Source of the DNA: Chiloscyllium plagiosum
Lineage: Eukaryota
Reading direction: 5' to 3'
Length of the DNA: 47,489 nucleotides
Assembly: GCF_004010195.1 (NCBI RefSeq)
Contig: NC_057718.1
Span: 74,281,604-74,329,092, forward strand
The translations under genes were made by a program, and so were the position numbers. Shown here one piece after another: positions 1 to 12,729 of this stretch (within the stretch, counting starts at the first letter, position 1; each line of letters starts with the position of its first letter). The notes beneath the pieces were generated by a model. It saw only the letters and a program-made list of their open reading frames with translations, was not told where the DNA came from and did no database searches.

Positions 1-796
1 CGTTTACTGTTGTTTTAGTTTTTCAAACTGACATTTTAAGCTTTTGTTTATGACAAAGTTGTCAGATATTTGAGTGTCATACAGTTTCATTGATCATTGT
101 AGCCGTTAGAAATTGTCAACAGCTGCACGGTAATTATAGTGAAGTAAATGCATATAGACCCCATCTTATTTAGGAAATGATGGTGTGATAAACTTTGTAT
201 CACACTAACTGTACTAATTATAGTGTTCGTTCGATAATGGGCTGAAGAAATCTATAGCTTAGTATTTGTGTGAATTGTATTTCAAAACATGTAATAGCAG
301 GAAAAATAAAATTCATTTCTTCATTATAACATTGACTCATCAATGTTGATCTATTATTTATCAAGAACTAGGGTCAGCTTTAACATGAGATATTTGGAAA
401 ATTCCAGACCTTTTGGTCAAAAATATGGGGTTGACTTTTACATGAGATTGACTTTTACTCAGGTATATATGGTATTGTGCCTTTCTTTCTTTTTGCCATT
501 GCATATGTCATATTCTAACATATTCATTTAGCCTGGCCAAGCCCCCTTAAAGCCTCCTGGTATCCCTTTCACAACTGACTTTTCTATCCATCTTGATGTC
601 AAGAGGAAATTTGAAAGTATTACAATTTTTATCTAAGGCCTTTATATGTGTTGTAGACAGTTGTGAACCAAGCACTGACACTTTTCATACCCCAGCAACA
701 ATGTACTGCTATCTTAAGAATGATATGTTTGTTTCTACTGTCGACTTTCTGTTTATTAACCAATTATCAACGCATATTCGTATAACACTCCCACTC

Positions 797-2237
797 AGAA
801 CACAGAACATAATAGCACACGTACAGGTCCTTCGGCCCCCTTGACGTTGCACTGACCTATGAAACCAATCTGAAGCCCATCTAACCTGCACTATTTCATT
901 TTCACCCATATGTTTATCCAATGACTATTTAAATGCCCTGAAAGTTGGCGAGTCTACTAATGTTGCAGGCAGGGCATTCCATGTCCTTTTTATGCTCTAA
1001 GTAAAGAATCTACCTCTGACATCTGTCCTATATCTAAAACCCCTTAATTTAAAGCTATGTCCCCTTGTGTTAGCCATCACCATCCAAGGAAAAAGGCTCT
1101 CATTGTCCACCCTATCTAATCCTCTGATCATCTTGTAAGCCTCTATTAAGTCACCGCCTAACCTTTCTCTCTTGAATGAAAACAGCCTCAAGTCCCTCAG
1201 CCTTTCCTCATAAGACTTTCCATTCTTACCGGACAATATCCTGGTAAATTTCCTCTGCACTCTTTCCAAAGCATCCACGTCCTTCCTATAATGCGGTGAC
1301 CAGAACTGTACACAATATTTCAAGTGCGGCTGCACCAGAGTTTGTACAGCTGCAATATGACCTCATGGCTCCCAAACTCAATCCCACTACCAATATAAGC
1401 TAACACACCATAAGCCTTCTCAACAACTCTATGAACGTGGGTGGCAACTTTCAGAGATCTGTGGACATGGACACTGATATCTCTCTGCTCATCCATACCA
1501 CCAAGAATCTTACTATTAGCCCAGTACTCTATATTCCTGTTACTCCTTCCAAACTGAGTTACCTCACACTTTTCTGCATTAAACTCCACTTGCCACATCT
1601 CAGTGTAGCTCTGCAGCTTATCTATGCCCCTCTGTAACTTGCAACATCCTTCCGCATGGTCCACAATTCCACCACCTTTAGTGTCATCCGCAAATTTACT
1701 AACCCATCCTTCCACATCATCAACCAAGTCATTCATAAAAATGACAAAGAGGAGTGGCCCTAAAACAGATCCTTGCAGTACACCACTAGTCACTGAACTC
1801 CAGGATGAACATTTCCCATCAACCACCACCCTCTGCCGTCTTTAGCTTAGCTAATTTCTGATTCAAACCACTAAATCACCCTCAATTCCATGCCTTTGTA
1901 TTTTCTGCAATAGCCTACCGTGGGGAATCTTATCAAATACTTTACAGAAATCCATATACACCACATCAACCACTTTACCCTCATCCACCTGTTTGGTCAC
2001 CTTGTCACAGAACTCAATAAGGTTTGTGAGGCACGATCTACCTTTCACAAAACTATTCAAATTATTCCTTTCTAGATGATTATAAATCCTATCTCTTATA
2101 ATCCTTTCCAACACGTTACCCACAACTGAAGTAAGGCTCACTAGTCTATAATTATCAGGTTTGTCTCTACTTCCCTTCTTGAACAAGGGGACAACATTTG
2201 CTATCCTTCAGCCTTCTGGCACTACTCCTGTAGATAA
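797..2237 (-). mobile_element. CR1-clade LINE (HER1-type), 5'-truncated ORF2 reverse transcriptase plus 3' tail
   Basis: Minus ORFs 1863-2186 (PDNYRLVSLTSVVG...DVVYMDFCKVFDKIPH), 1320-1829 (SGVLQGSVLGPLLF...KFADDTK) and 997-1335 (PHLKYCVQFWSPHY...) are frameshifted CR1 RT. An AGAACA-type tail sits at about 797-812. Confidence 0.95.
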
Positions 2238-2595
2238 TGTAGAATATTTTTATTTACTAAACTTCAGTGTGGGACCTAATCAAAAACTTCCTGAAAATCC
2301 ACATACACTACACCCACTTAGTTATTTGTATACATACTGCAAGTAATGTCTTAAAAAAAAACATGTTTATCAAACATGATTTCCTTTTTGGCTCCATGTT
2401 AATTCTGCCCAATTTTATCATTATTTACTAAATATTCAGTTATCACTTACTTTATAATAGATTTTAACATTTTCCTATTGTTGACATCAAAGTAGCAAGC
2501 CTGTAGTTCTCCACTCTCAATGGTTTACTTTGCAATCATCCAGTCAGCTGGAACATTTCCAGAGTCTATAGAATTACAGAAGATAGCCACCAATA

Positions 2596-2784
2596 AGTCC
2601 AAAGATGTACAGGTTAGGTGGACTGGTCATGCTCAAGTTTGCATACTGTTCAGGGATGTGTAGGTGATATGGATTAGCTTGCAAGGATACAGTAGGGGTC
2701 TGGGTGAGATGCTCTTTGGAGGGCTGGTGTGAACTCGATGAGCTAAATAGCCAGCTTCCACAGTGTCGGGATTCTGTGATTCTA
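2596..2784 (+). mobile_element. HE1-type SINE, 3' part
   Basis: agtccaaagatgtacaggttaggtggactgg...ttccacagtgtcgggattctgtgattcta is homologous to the complete HE1 copies elsewhere in the window. Confidence 0.8.
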
Positions 2785-4499
2785 CATCCACTATCTCTCC
2801 AGCTTTTGTTTTTAGCTCTTTAGGTACACAAATCACTTGCTCACCTAGAATTGCTGGGAGTTTTCCTGTCTTTTCCTACATGAAGACAGATGCAATGATA
2901 CTACTTAGTTTTCTTGCTGTTTCTCTACTCTCCACAATGAATCCTCTATCCTACCTGCACTCTACCTCGTTAATCTATTTCCTTTCACATATTAATAGTA
3001 GCCTCTGCAGTTTGCCATTATGTTCCTTCCTGGCTTGCTTTCATATTCTCTTTCCTTTTCCTTATCAGTTTCTTGATTTTTCTTTGCTGTCTTCTGAATT
3101 GCTCACAGTTCTCAGGCTTACTGCTATTTATGGTATTTCAATAAGTCACTTCTTTTGATCTAATGCAATCTTTAACCACTTTCATTAACGATTCCCTTTG
3201 GAAGTTTGTACTTTAGAGGCATATATGTCTGTTGTAGATGTTGACAATATCAAATTTCTTAGAATATTTTCCCAATCCACATAGCTAACTTGCCCTCATA
3301 CCCTCAGTTTCCTTTGCTCAGATTTTGTACCCTGGTTTCAGAATTAATTACATCACATTGAAACTTCATGTAAAGTGCTATCTTGCAATGGTCACTTTCC
3401 CAAAGACTCCTTCACAGCAGGACTATTGACCTTCATCATTACACAATCCAAAATCCAAAATAGACTAATCACTAGTTGGCTCCTCAATATGGTGTTTCTG
3501 AAATCCTGTTGTTTCTAGAACATGCTTCACGAAGTCATCCTTCACAGCATTAGTGTTGACTTGGTTAACCCAAGCTATAAGCTAAAATTCGAATTTACCC
3601 ATTATTACTACATTACCCACATTACATGTATTTCTAATTTCTTGATTTATATCATGCTCCACATTAATATTATAGTTTGCTGTTCTATAAACCATTCCCA
3701 CTAATGTTTGTTTCCACTTGGTGTTTATTAGCTCCACCCAGACTGATTCTACATTTTGATCCTTTGATCTAAGGTTCTCTTTTATTCATAGACTGATGTC
3801 ATAGCTTAGTAGAAGTGCTACCTTTTTCTTTGTCTGCTTCTTCTCCTTAAGTAGATGGTATTCTTGGATTTTCAGCTGCCAACCTTGCCTGTAGCTAGTC
3901 TGTGCAATGACAATTAAATTATTCACCTACCTCCTCTTGTGCATTCAAATCACCAAACATTTTGTGAATGCGATTTGCATTTAAATAGAGTGCCTGCAAT
4001 TCAATCTTTTTTACATTATTCTACATTTTAATTCTATCTGATGCTTGTCAACGCATCTAGTTTGCTTACCATTTTTCTGTTTTCTTTTTTCTGAGTTCCA
4101 TCTTATGTTTCCATTCCATGCAAATCTAGTTTAAACTCACACTGGCTAATCTTCCTGCAATGTTGGTAGTCTTGGTCCTGTCAAGATACCATCCAACTAT
4201 CTTGTATATATCTTGCATGCTGCAGAACTGATCCCAATGTCTCAGAAATCTGATGCCTTTCCTGTTACACCAGCTTTCAAGATAGGTCTCCTGTTTCTGT
4301 GATCACTTGCATATGAGCCTAGGATTACTGCTCGAGAGTTCCTGTTTTTCAATCTTGTTCCTAGGTCTTTGAAATTTGCTTTCAGGACCTCATCCACCTT
4401 CATAACCGAGTTATTCCTACTGGCATGGATCAGGATCTCCGCTCATCCACAGAAGTATATCCTGCAGCCACCTTGTGACATTCTTAACCTTAAGCACTT

Positions 4500-4620
4500 C
4501 ACCTGAGATAGGAACAGCGCTCCAAAAGCTTGTGATTTCAAGTAAACCTGTTGGACTTTAACCTGGTCTAGTGTGACTTCTGACTTTGTACACCTCAGTC
4601 CAACACTGGCATCTCTACAT
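4500..4620 (+). mobile_element. Penelope-like terminal repeat fragment (family B) with decayed hammerhead
   Basis: cacctgagataggaacagcgctccaaaagcttgtg...taaacctgttggactttaacctgg matches the copies at 8085-8172 and 25965-26083. Confidence 0.75.
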
Positions 4621-5147
4621 CAACCTTAACCATGGCACAGGAAGGCAATATACTGTCCTGGAGTCATATTTGCTGCCTTAGAAATGCCAGTATGTTCTTC
4701 TAATTAAAGAATCTTCCATCTTCTTCCAACTGTTCTGTACTGCTGGGCCATCCATGGTGACATTGGCGTGGTGCTGACTGTACCTCTGTAAGGAATCATT
4801 GCTTTCTCCAGTAACCAAACTGGAAAACCGATTTTCAGCTGTGGTTATCTTGGGGAGTTATCCAGCTAATATTATTTTTCTGCTAGGCAGACCTTCAAAA
4901 TTTTGTGCACTCAACATAATGGGAACATTGCTTAGGGTCTGCTGCAAGATCTGCCTAATTCTTTTGAAATGCCAGGTATTTACACGTTCCTTATCTGCCT
5001 GCATACCCGTAAACTGTAGTATGACTGCCTCCCCGAATATGCAATCCATGTGGTCCTCTGTCTTGTTGATACTCAACAGTGACGTTAGCTGCTGCTTGAG
5101 TTCTATAACCCAGGGTTCAAGATTTTGACCGTCTGCACACTTGCATT

Positions 5148-6565
5148 TTTCCAAGAAGGAGTGGAGATCCCTGAGACCACCCTGACAGGGGATGGATGTG
5201 TAAAGGGATTGCATGTCCCTGTAAAGAGGAGGCTGCTGGAGCCCTCGAACTGGAAATTCTAAAACTGAGACATACAAATCTTGGATAGAACTGGGAAGGG
5301 ACTGAAAAAGGAGAATTTTTTCCCTGCCACTTCTTGGAAAGAAGGCCTGAATTGTCCCCATCTGTCACCACTCTCCTTCACCGGGCCAAGCTAATCCTCA
5401 CTCTGAACAACTTCTTCTTTAACTGCTCTCACTTTCTTCAGGTCAAAGGCAGAGCCATGGGTTTCTTCATGGGCATCTGTTTCCCTATCTCTTTGTGGAG
5501 TATGTGGAACGTTCCTTGTTTCAGTCCTACTCCGGACCCCACCCACAGCTGTTTGTCCGGTATATTGATGACATCATCAGTGTTGCTTCCTTCTCTCATC
5601 CAGAATTGGAAAAGTTTATCTAGTTTGCTTCTGAATTTCATCCCACTTTCATTTTCACCTGGCCCATCTCTGACTCCTGGCTCCCTTGACATTGCTGTTT
5701 CCATTTTTGAGATAGGCTGGCCACCAATATCCAGTACAAAACCCACTGACTCTCACAGTTACCATGACTGTACATTCTCACATCCTACTTTCTGTAAAGA
5801 CAATATTCCAATCTTCCAATTCCTCCATCCCCAGTCACATCTGTTCTGATAATACCGAATTCAATAAGGGGGCCTCCAAAATGTCCACCTACTTCCTCAA
5901 CTGAGAATTCCCTAGGTTGACAGGGCCCTCAGAGCGTCCGACCATCTCCCGCAGCTCAGCCCTCACCCTTCCTCTTCCCTCCCACCACAGCAGTAGGGTT
6001 CCCCTTGTCCTCATCCACCATCCCACCAAGATCCACGTCCATTAGATCATTAGCCACCATTTCTGCCTCCTCCAGCGGTATGCCACCAGCAAACATATAT
6101 TCCCCTCCCCTCTCCTCCCTTGTCAGCCTTTCTCAAGGACCATTCCCTCTGTGACACCTGGTCCACTCTTCCTTCACTCCCATGGCATTTTCTCCTTTAA
6201 TCGCAGAAGGTGTAACACCCATCTGTTCACTTCCACCTCCTCTCTGTCTAAGGCCTCATACACACTATCAGCTACTAAGAGTTTCCATTAGTAGCAATTC
6301 ATTCTCCCAGGCTAATCTTTACCCAGTCCTTTGTGTCTGATTTTCTCTCTGTAAGCTCTACCTCGACCTATTGTTTCCTCCTAACCTTTCCACCTCTTCT
6401 TCTGCATAGGTAACAACCTAGCTACCATCAGTTCTGTAAAAGGGACACTGGATCTGAAATTTTAACTCTACTTACTCTCCACAGATGCTGCCAGACGTGC
6501 TGCGATTTTGCAGCAAATTGTTTTGGTTTTTGATTTCAAGCATCCGCAGTTCTTTTGGTTTTTTG
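5148..6565 (+). mobile_element. Penelope-like retroelement, 5'-truncated, with inverted 5' segment (5148-5329 on minus strand)
   Basis: The plus strand gives LLHRAKLILTLNNFFFNCSHFLQVKGRAMG and later RYIDD (cggtatattgatgac, about 5558-5572). The minus strand gives DMQSLYTSIPCQGGLRDLHSFLE. The 3' terminal repeat at 6425-6560 has a decayed CUGA/GAAA core. Confidence 0.88.
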
Positions 6566-6684
6566 CTTACTATTCGCAATGGATGCTGAACCCAAACCTG
6601 ATTGAAATGCTAAATCCAAATCCTCTTGGTCATCAATCGTCTCAATCAAGTTGCAGCTAAAACTTCTTTTATAGATGTCATTAT

Positions 6685-6933
6685 GGGTCTCTTGTAACAC
6701 ACTGGTAGTGACCCTATATTTGAGCTAGGAGGTCTGAGACCAAGTCCCACCTATTCTAGTGGTGTGTGATAACATTTCTGTAAGGGTTAATTCAAAAACA
6801 TAATAGATGTCATTGTATGAGGGCTCTTGTGGCTCAGTGGTAGTGTCTTGTATGTGGGCCAGGAGGCCTATGTTCAAGTCACACCCACTCCAGAGGTGTG
6901 TGATAATATTTCTGAACAGGTTACTCTAAAATA
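6685..6933 (+). mobile_element. Two tandem short tRNA-derived SINEs (about 115 bp each)
   Basis: Copy 2 has an A-box-like tggctcagtgg and a B-box-like gttcaagtc. Both copies end ggtgtgtgataa-atttctg. Confidence 0.7.
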
Positions 6934-7158
6934 ATTTTCTTATAAATGTGTTTATCAGCACCAGACCTGATTAGTCCAGTACTTTCCTAATTAGCGTCTG
7001 ATGTGCCATGCTTTGTGAGCTATAACTATTCCAAGATATTGCTGCCCAAATTGTATCAAGCATCAAGTCCTGTTATCCATTACTCCACTCAATTAAGACC
7101 TACATTTGCTACTGAATCCTAACACCTCTTCAAGATTCACAACTTCATGTTTAAACCT

Positions 7159-7703
7159 TGTTACAGACCAGACCAAACCCCCTCGAAATATATCAAGGTG
7201 ATAGCCTAGGCTCTTATCTGATTTACAGGCAAGTGTAAGGCGCTGCATTCAGATGTGATTTAATTGGTCACACTACTAGGCTGTAAACAAATAATACTTT
7301 ATTCTTACATTACAGTTAAAATACAAAGAAAGGAAAGAAGAATTAGTATAACTTAAACTCTATTGGAAAAACTAACATTTAACATTTAACTAACAAACAG
7401 CAACTGTTTCAACATAGTAACATTCCATAAACACACCTTTGGCAAAGGCAAATTCTGTAAGATAGATTGTCTCACATGTCATGTTTCGCAAGTCCAGGAT
7501 AAAAGAACACCAAGAGAAAATTCGCAGAGAGTGACAAATGGCAACGACCACAGCCAATTTCAAAAAGCTCAACTAATAAAAACTAAACTAAAACCCTGAT
7601 TCTGTGGGAGCTTGATTCCACCCATTAATGCTGTATTTATTTTATTTTATTGGTTTGGAAAAGACAGCTCGTAATCTCTGTCTCAAAACCCCGCTTCAAA
7701 ACA
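7159..7703 (-). mobile_element. Probable solo LTR
   Basis: It starts tgttaca and ends near ...aaaaca, with tttatt (minus-strand AATAAA) at about 7298. No clear TSD. Confidence 0.45.
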
Positions 7704-7719
7704 CAGCACAAAGTACAGT

Positions 7720-7855
7720 GGACCCAGTACCGATCCAGAAGACCACTGATCATAGGCCTCCAGTCTGACAAACAACCCTGTACTATCACCCTCTGTGTCC
7801 TACTGTCAAGCCAATTTTGAATCCAGTTGACAAGCTCTGCCTGAATCCCATGTGA
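7720..7855 (-). mobile_element. CR1 RT fragment
   Basis: ggacccagtaccgatccagaagaccactgatcataggcctccagtctgaca is the reverse complement of the VTSGVPQGSVLGP region. Confidence 0.7.
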
Positions 7856-8174
7856 TTCTCGGGTTAGCTGTTATCGGGTTATCACCATTGTTAACAGCTA
7901 ACCCAAGAATGCAACTTTTTAAAAAAAAGGTTTTGTGATTTACACATGAAAGAAGTGAAACTATCACTGTATTCTAACAGATGAAAGACTTAACAGACAA
8001 TCAATTTTTCAATGTATAATTTCAGTTACATCACACTGTAAATTTTTGCTATAAATTCTGTGTTACGATCGAGCCCTCCACTATCACCTGATGAAGGAGC
8101 GTTGCTCCGAAAGCTAGTGTGCTTCCAATTAAACCTGTTGGACTATAACCTGGTGTTGTGTGATTTTTAACTTT
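7854..8174 (+). mobile_element. Young Penelope-like terminal repeat (family B) with short 5' fold-back
   Basis: The 5' inverted repeat is ttctcgggttagctgtta / taacagctaacccaagaa. The 3' end cacctgatgaaggagc...aaacctgttggactataacctggtgttgtgtgatttttaacttt is shared with the GIY-YIG-bearing element at 24573-26083. Confidence 0.8.
8085..8119 (+). ncRNA. Minimal type I hammerhead ribozyme motif (family B)
   Basis: The sequence reads CAC-CUGAUGA-A-GGAGC(GUU)GCUCC-GAAA-GC-UA-GUG. Stem I is CAC/GUG, stem II has 5 bp, and palindromic AGCU replaces stem III. Cleavage is predicted after A8116. Confidence 0.78.
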
Positions 8175-9429
8175 ATATGAAGTATATTATGGATAAATGT
8201 GAAGTTATCCACATTGGTAGCAAAAACAGGAAGGCACATTATCATCTGCACAGAAATAGATTGGGAAGGATGGAGATGCCACAAGGCCTGGGTGGCCTTA
8301 TACACCAGTTGCTGAAGGTATGCATGCAGTGCAGCAGAGAGTAAAGCACTCATATGGTATATTGCTTAAGCCTCTGACACCTCCATAACTTCCAGCTATA
8401 AGAATTTTCTTCCCACTGACTTCTAAATACTTAGCAACTGCTTCCCAGTCATGCCTGCTTGAAGACTGCTGCAAACTGCACACTGCAGATAATGGCATCG
8501 TACTTCTGAATAACACTGCTTCTGGCCTTTTTCTGGGTTGCAAAACTCAAATCTAAAAATCCCTTAGCAATTATCTCTTCAGGCTTACTAGTCATTTAGC
8601 TAAAATCATATAATTTTCTATTTTTTTAAATCACTGTTGAATTTATTTGTTTTTATGATCCGATGCAACACGGCCATTGCTGGTGAGTCTAGCATTTTTG
8701 CCCATGTCCAGTCGAGTAGTTTAACTGAGTAGTTTGTTAGGCCATTTCTGTAGTGTTGAGTTTAAAAATATCTCCAAACTAGACCATTTAATGAAAGAAG
8801 CTCAGGAAAGAAGTTATTGCCATTTATCTGACAATAAATTATATTCTGAGTATGTGGACATCATTGAAAAGGTTGCATCTGTAACTCAACCTTAATTTGT
8901 GTAAAAACCTAGCGGTAAGCCTCCTCTTTAAACCACAGCACTTTGTTTTAGTTGGTAGACAGGAGAGGTACAATAGAAATTATTTAATTTTTCTCATAAA
9001 GCTTTTGACAACAATCCAGACAATGAGTAATGGCTAAGCTGGAGAGTCAAATATAGGACATTGAGTGCAACACTGGATAGAAAATTAACTTAAAAGTCAT
9101 GCTGTTAGTTTTTTAACAGGTTTTTTCCCCAAATGTTAATCCATCAGATATTTCAAAATGATGCCCAAAATTCATAGAATCATGGAATTCTACAGCAATT
9201 CTACAGCTTTTTAGTCCTGCTTTCCATTGGCTGTGCCAGCTTTTTGCAAGAGCTGGACATTTCATCTCACTCACCTGCTCTCTTCCCAAAGTCTTGCATA
9301 TTATTTCCAGTTCAACTATTTATCCAATTCTCCTTTGACAGTTATTGTTATCCACTACTCTTTATTGGCACTCTGTGTGATGGTGCTTTGGTTAGTTTAT
9401 CTTCTCTATAGTCTGTGTCCTTGTCCACG

Positions 9430-10920
9430 TCATACCTATCTTGGGGACAGTCCATATCACAGTAAAGGAGGTGTTGGATGTATTAAGATGTGTGAAGGTG
9501 GATAACCCTCCTAGTCCTGACCAGATATATTCAGAACCATGCAAGAGGTTAGAAAATAAATTGCAGGGGCCTTGGCTGATATTTTTACATCATTGGTAGC
9601 CACAGGTGAGGTGTCAGAAGATTGGAGGGTCGCGAATGTTGTGCCCTTATTCAAGAAGGACTGCAAAAAAAGCATGGGAACTATAGACCAGTAAGCCTAC
9701 CATCTGTGGTAGGTAAGTTACTTGAGACAATTCTGAGAGATAAGATGTACGTGCATTTAGAAAGACATGGTTTGATTAGAAGTAGTCAGCATGACCCTGT
9801 GTGTGGGAAATTGTATCTCACAGATATGTTAGAGTTCTTTGATGAAGAGACCAGGAGGGTGGATGAGGGCAGGGTAATAGACAAAGTCTACATAGATTTC
9901 CATAGGGCCTTTGATTAGGTTCCACATGGTAGGCTGCTCTGGAAGGTTAGATTGTATGGAGAGCTGGAAAATTGGATGCACAATTGTCTTGGTGGTAGGA
10001 AACACAGAGTAATAGTCAGATGCTTGTCGGACTGGAGGTCAGTGACTCATGCTGTACCTCAATGGTCAGTGCTGGGCCCATTACTAGTTGTTATTATATC
10101 AATGATTTGGATGAGAATGTACAAGGCATGATTAGTAAGTTTGCTGATGATAGGCAGTATCATGGACAGTGAAGAAGGTTATCATAAAGTGCTGCAGGAC
10201 CTTGATCAGCTGAGAAATGGTAAATGGAGTTTACTACAGATAAGTGTGAGGTCTTGCATTTTGGAAAGTCAAATCAAGGTAGGAGTTTCATGGTGAATGG
10301 TAGAGCCTTAAGGACTATAGAGCAGAGGAACCTTGGAGTTCAAGTGCATGGTTCTTTGGAAGTGGAGTCACAAGTAAACAGGATAGTGAAAATGGCTTTT
10401 GGCATACTGACCTTCATTAATCAGGGTACTGAGTATAGAAATTATGCTGCGGGTGTATAGGATGTTGGTGAGGCTGCACTTGAAGTATTGTGTTCAGTTT
10501 TGGTCACCTTGCTATAGGAATGATTTTATTAAACTGGAAAGATTGCAGAAGAAATGTACAAGGATGTTGCCAGGACTGAACGGTCTGAGTTATAGGGAGA
10601 TGTTGGACAAGATAGGACTTTTTCATTAGGAGACTGAGGGGGGGATCTTATAGAAGTGAGTAAGATCATGAGAGGCATGGATAGGGTGAATGCACTGTCT
10701 TTTTCCCAGGGTTGGGAATTGAGGACTAGAGGACATCACTTTAAGGTTAGAGGGGAAAGAATAAAAGGGAACCTGAGAGACAACTTCTTTACACAGAGGG
10801 TGGTATGGATGTGAAATGAGCTGCCAGAGGAAGTAGTTGAGGCAGGTACATTAACAACATTTAAAAGGCATTTGGACAAATACATGAAAAGGAAAGATTT
10901 AAAAGGATATGGGCCAGTCA
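9430..10920 (+). mobile_element. CR1 LINE ORF2 (RT), frameshifted
   Basis: ORFs 9622-9918 (GNYRPVSLPSVVGKLLE), 10224-10460 (KCEVLHFG) and 10444-10629 (HLKYCVQFWSP). Confidence 0.93.
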
Positions 10921-10989
10921 TATGTATGACTGTATGTCCTAAATTAGACAAGGGCATTTGGCCTCCTCCAAAGCTAAATTCTGGATCCA

Positions 10990-11260
10990 ACTACCTGTGA
11001 CTTGCTCACAGTCACACCTTCCTGCCCCTTAGCATATAGCAAATTTGATGTAAAGGATCTAAGTATGTGACTGTCTCCTGCAGCATCCAAATCACTTTCT
11101 CACTTCCCTGATGTGTCCCAGTAACTTCAACTCGGATTCCAGTTCATCAATTTTAAGCCAAAGTTCCTCAAGTAGCCAACATTTCCTGCAGATTTAGTCA
11201 TCATGGATTCCACCAGCTCTGACGTAGTACAGCTGGATTTCATCACTTGTCCAGCAATCT
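10990..11260 (-). mobile_element. CR1 ORF1 fragment
   Basis: Minus-strand translation gives ICRKCWLLEELWLKIDELESELKLLGHIRE. Confidence 0.7.
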
Positions 11261-11469
11261 GTATACTTTTTTTTTGGATGTTCAGTATTTTAAGAGTGAA
11301 CTCCCAACTATATCTTTCAGATGTAATAATGTTTTCTGATTTATATCACTTGGCCAAGCAAAAGAGACATGGAAGAATATGCAACCAATGGACTACCTGT
11401 TAGTAGTTTGGAAATGTCGCTACAATGTAGAAGCAGACCATGTGGCCCATCTGAAGAGCATCTCATCTG

Positions 11470-11567
11470 CATTTCCCATGGCTAATCTGCCTGGTCTGCA
11501 TATCCCCAGACCCACTGGGCAATTCGGCATGGCCAATCCACTAAACCTGCACATCTTTAGACTGTGA
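11470..11567 (-). mobile_element. HE1-type SINE fragment
   Basis: gggcaattcggcatggccaatccactaaacctgcacatctttagactgtg. Confidence 0.75.
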
Positions 11568-12236
11568 TTACTGCCCTATGTCAGATCGTTAATTGGGTTT
11601 TTTTTAACAATTCTTAGCATCTACAGTGGTGTGTTGTTAACCTTTTGATGAACCGTTGCCTGGGTGTTTCAATAGACTGTTAGTGCTTTAATTGCCTGTT
11701 TTGGTTTTGGGTGTGACTGCAACAATAACCTTGTGCTTCTGCACTTCTGTTGGTTCTCCATAGTGTTATCATTTAATCGATAAAAGCCTGTTTCAGAATC
11801 CAAAGTTTCAGTGCTTAATTTGAAGCAATTATCCTGATTAACTTCTGATTATATCTCAGTTTTGATTGTTAATATTGGTAGTTGAACAGCAAACACAAAT
11901 TTAGATCCATCTAATGGCCAGTGTTTGGACATTCCCTTTCTAGAAATTCACTTAAACCTGAACATACAATAATTGGAACTAGATGGCAGGAGGCTATCCC
12001 GTTTCACTATACTTATACTTTTCCTGGTCCCTCAACTAAAACATTCTACACATTTCCCGTTTGGTTGCCTATACTCTTGAAAGACCTTCTGACGAGTTAT
12101 TCTCGTCCAAAGAGATTTCTTGAGACTCCAGGCCTCCAAATGGATTACAAATGAAGAAAACCCTAAGAGCTGGGTATTGCTGACTCTTATGTTCTTCCTT
12201 TTCAGAGATATATCCCATTCCCTCTGACATGCTATT

Positions 12237-12386
12237 AGAACATAGAATATAGAACATAGAACAATACAGCACAGAACAGGCCCTTCGGCCCACAATGTTG
12301 TGCCGAACATTTGTCCTAGCTTAAGCACCTATCCATGTACCTATCCAATTGCCGCTTAAAGGTCACCAATGATTCTGCCTCTGCCA
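12237..12386 (-). mobile_element. CR1 3' end, severely 5'-truncated
   Basis: An (AGAACAT)n-type tail is followed by acagcacagaacaggcccttcggccc. Confidence 0.85.
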
Positions 12387-12729
12387 GTGTTGATATTTGA
12401 ATAGTTACGCAATGTTACTTTGTGACAATAGGTCATTATCACACAAGTTAATCATTTTAAATAATCCATCCATGAATCTGAAACTAAATTCCCTATCCTC
12501 TTTCCTACTAGATACTAACCAAGTCCCTTCTAAACCCCCAAAATGATTTCTCATTCCTAATTACCCTCTGGGCAAGAAGAATCAGCTAGATGGTGTGGCT
12601 CTAGAATCATAACACAGAGAGTGATGAATGTTATGATCAATGCTTCTTTGTACCAATTTGTGATAGTGGGAATTAAACTCATATTCTTTCCCTTTGTTTA
12701 TAATACAAGGGCTGTTGAAGATTAATCAT

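Larger units (their letters stand above)
2350..5146 (-). mobile_element. Old, highly degraded CR1 LINE (RT, endonuclease and ORF1 remnants) hosting younger insertions
   Basis: Minus translation near 4860-5146 reads KCKCADGQNLEPWVIELKQQLTSLLSINKTEDHMDCIFGEAVILQ, resembling the CR1 ORF1 Cys-rich and coiled-coil region. Degenerate CR1-like ORF2 sequence spans 2350-3900, and the ORF1/ORF2 junction-like tctagtttaaa is near 4126. Confidence 0.6.

Noticed and set aside
4858..5361. 167-aa ORF as a novel fusion protein
   Set aside because: It is a chance in-frame read across the inverted Penelope RT segment into an old CR1 ORF1.
6425..6470. Active hammerhead at the 3' end of the Penelope element (also about 4500, 24622-24655, 25966-26000 and 40037-40098)
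   Set aside because: Core nucleotides are mutated (for example CUGUAAA, GAGU, AAAA), so these are treated as decayed homologues only.
8298..8560. Minus-strand exon or ORF in unique sequence
   Set aside because: No recognisable homology and no convincing donor and acceptor pair.
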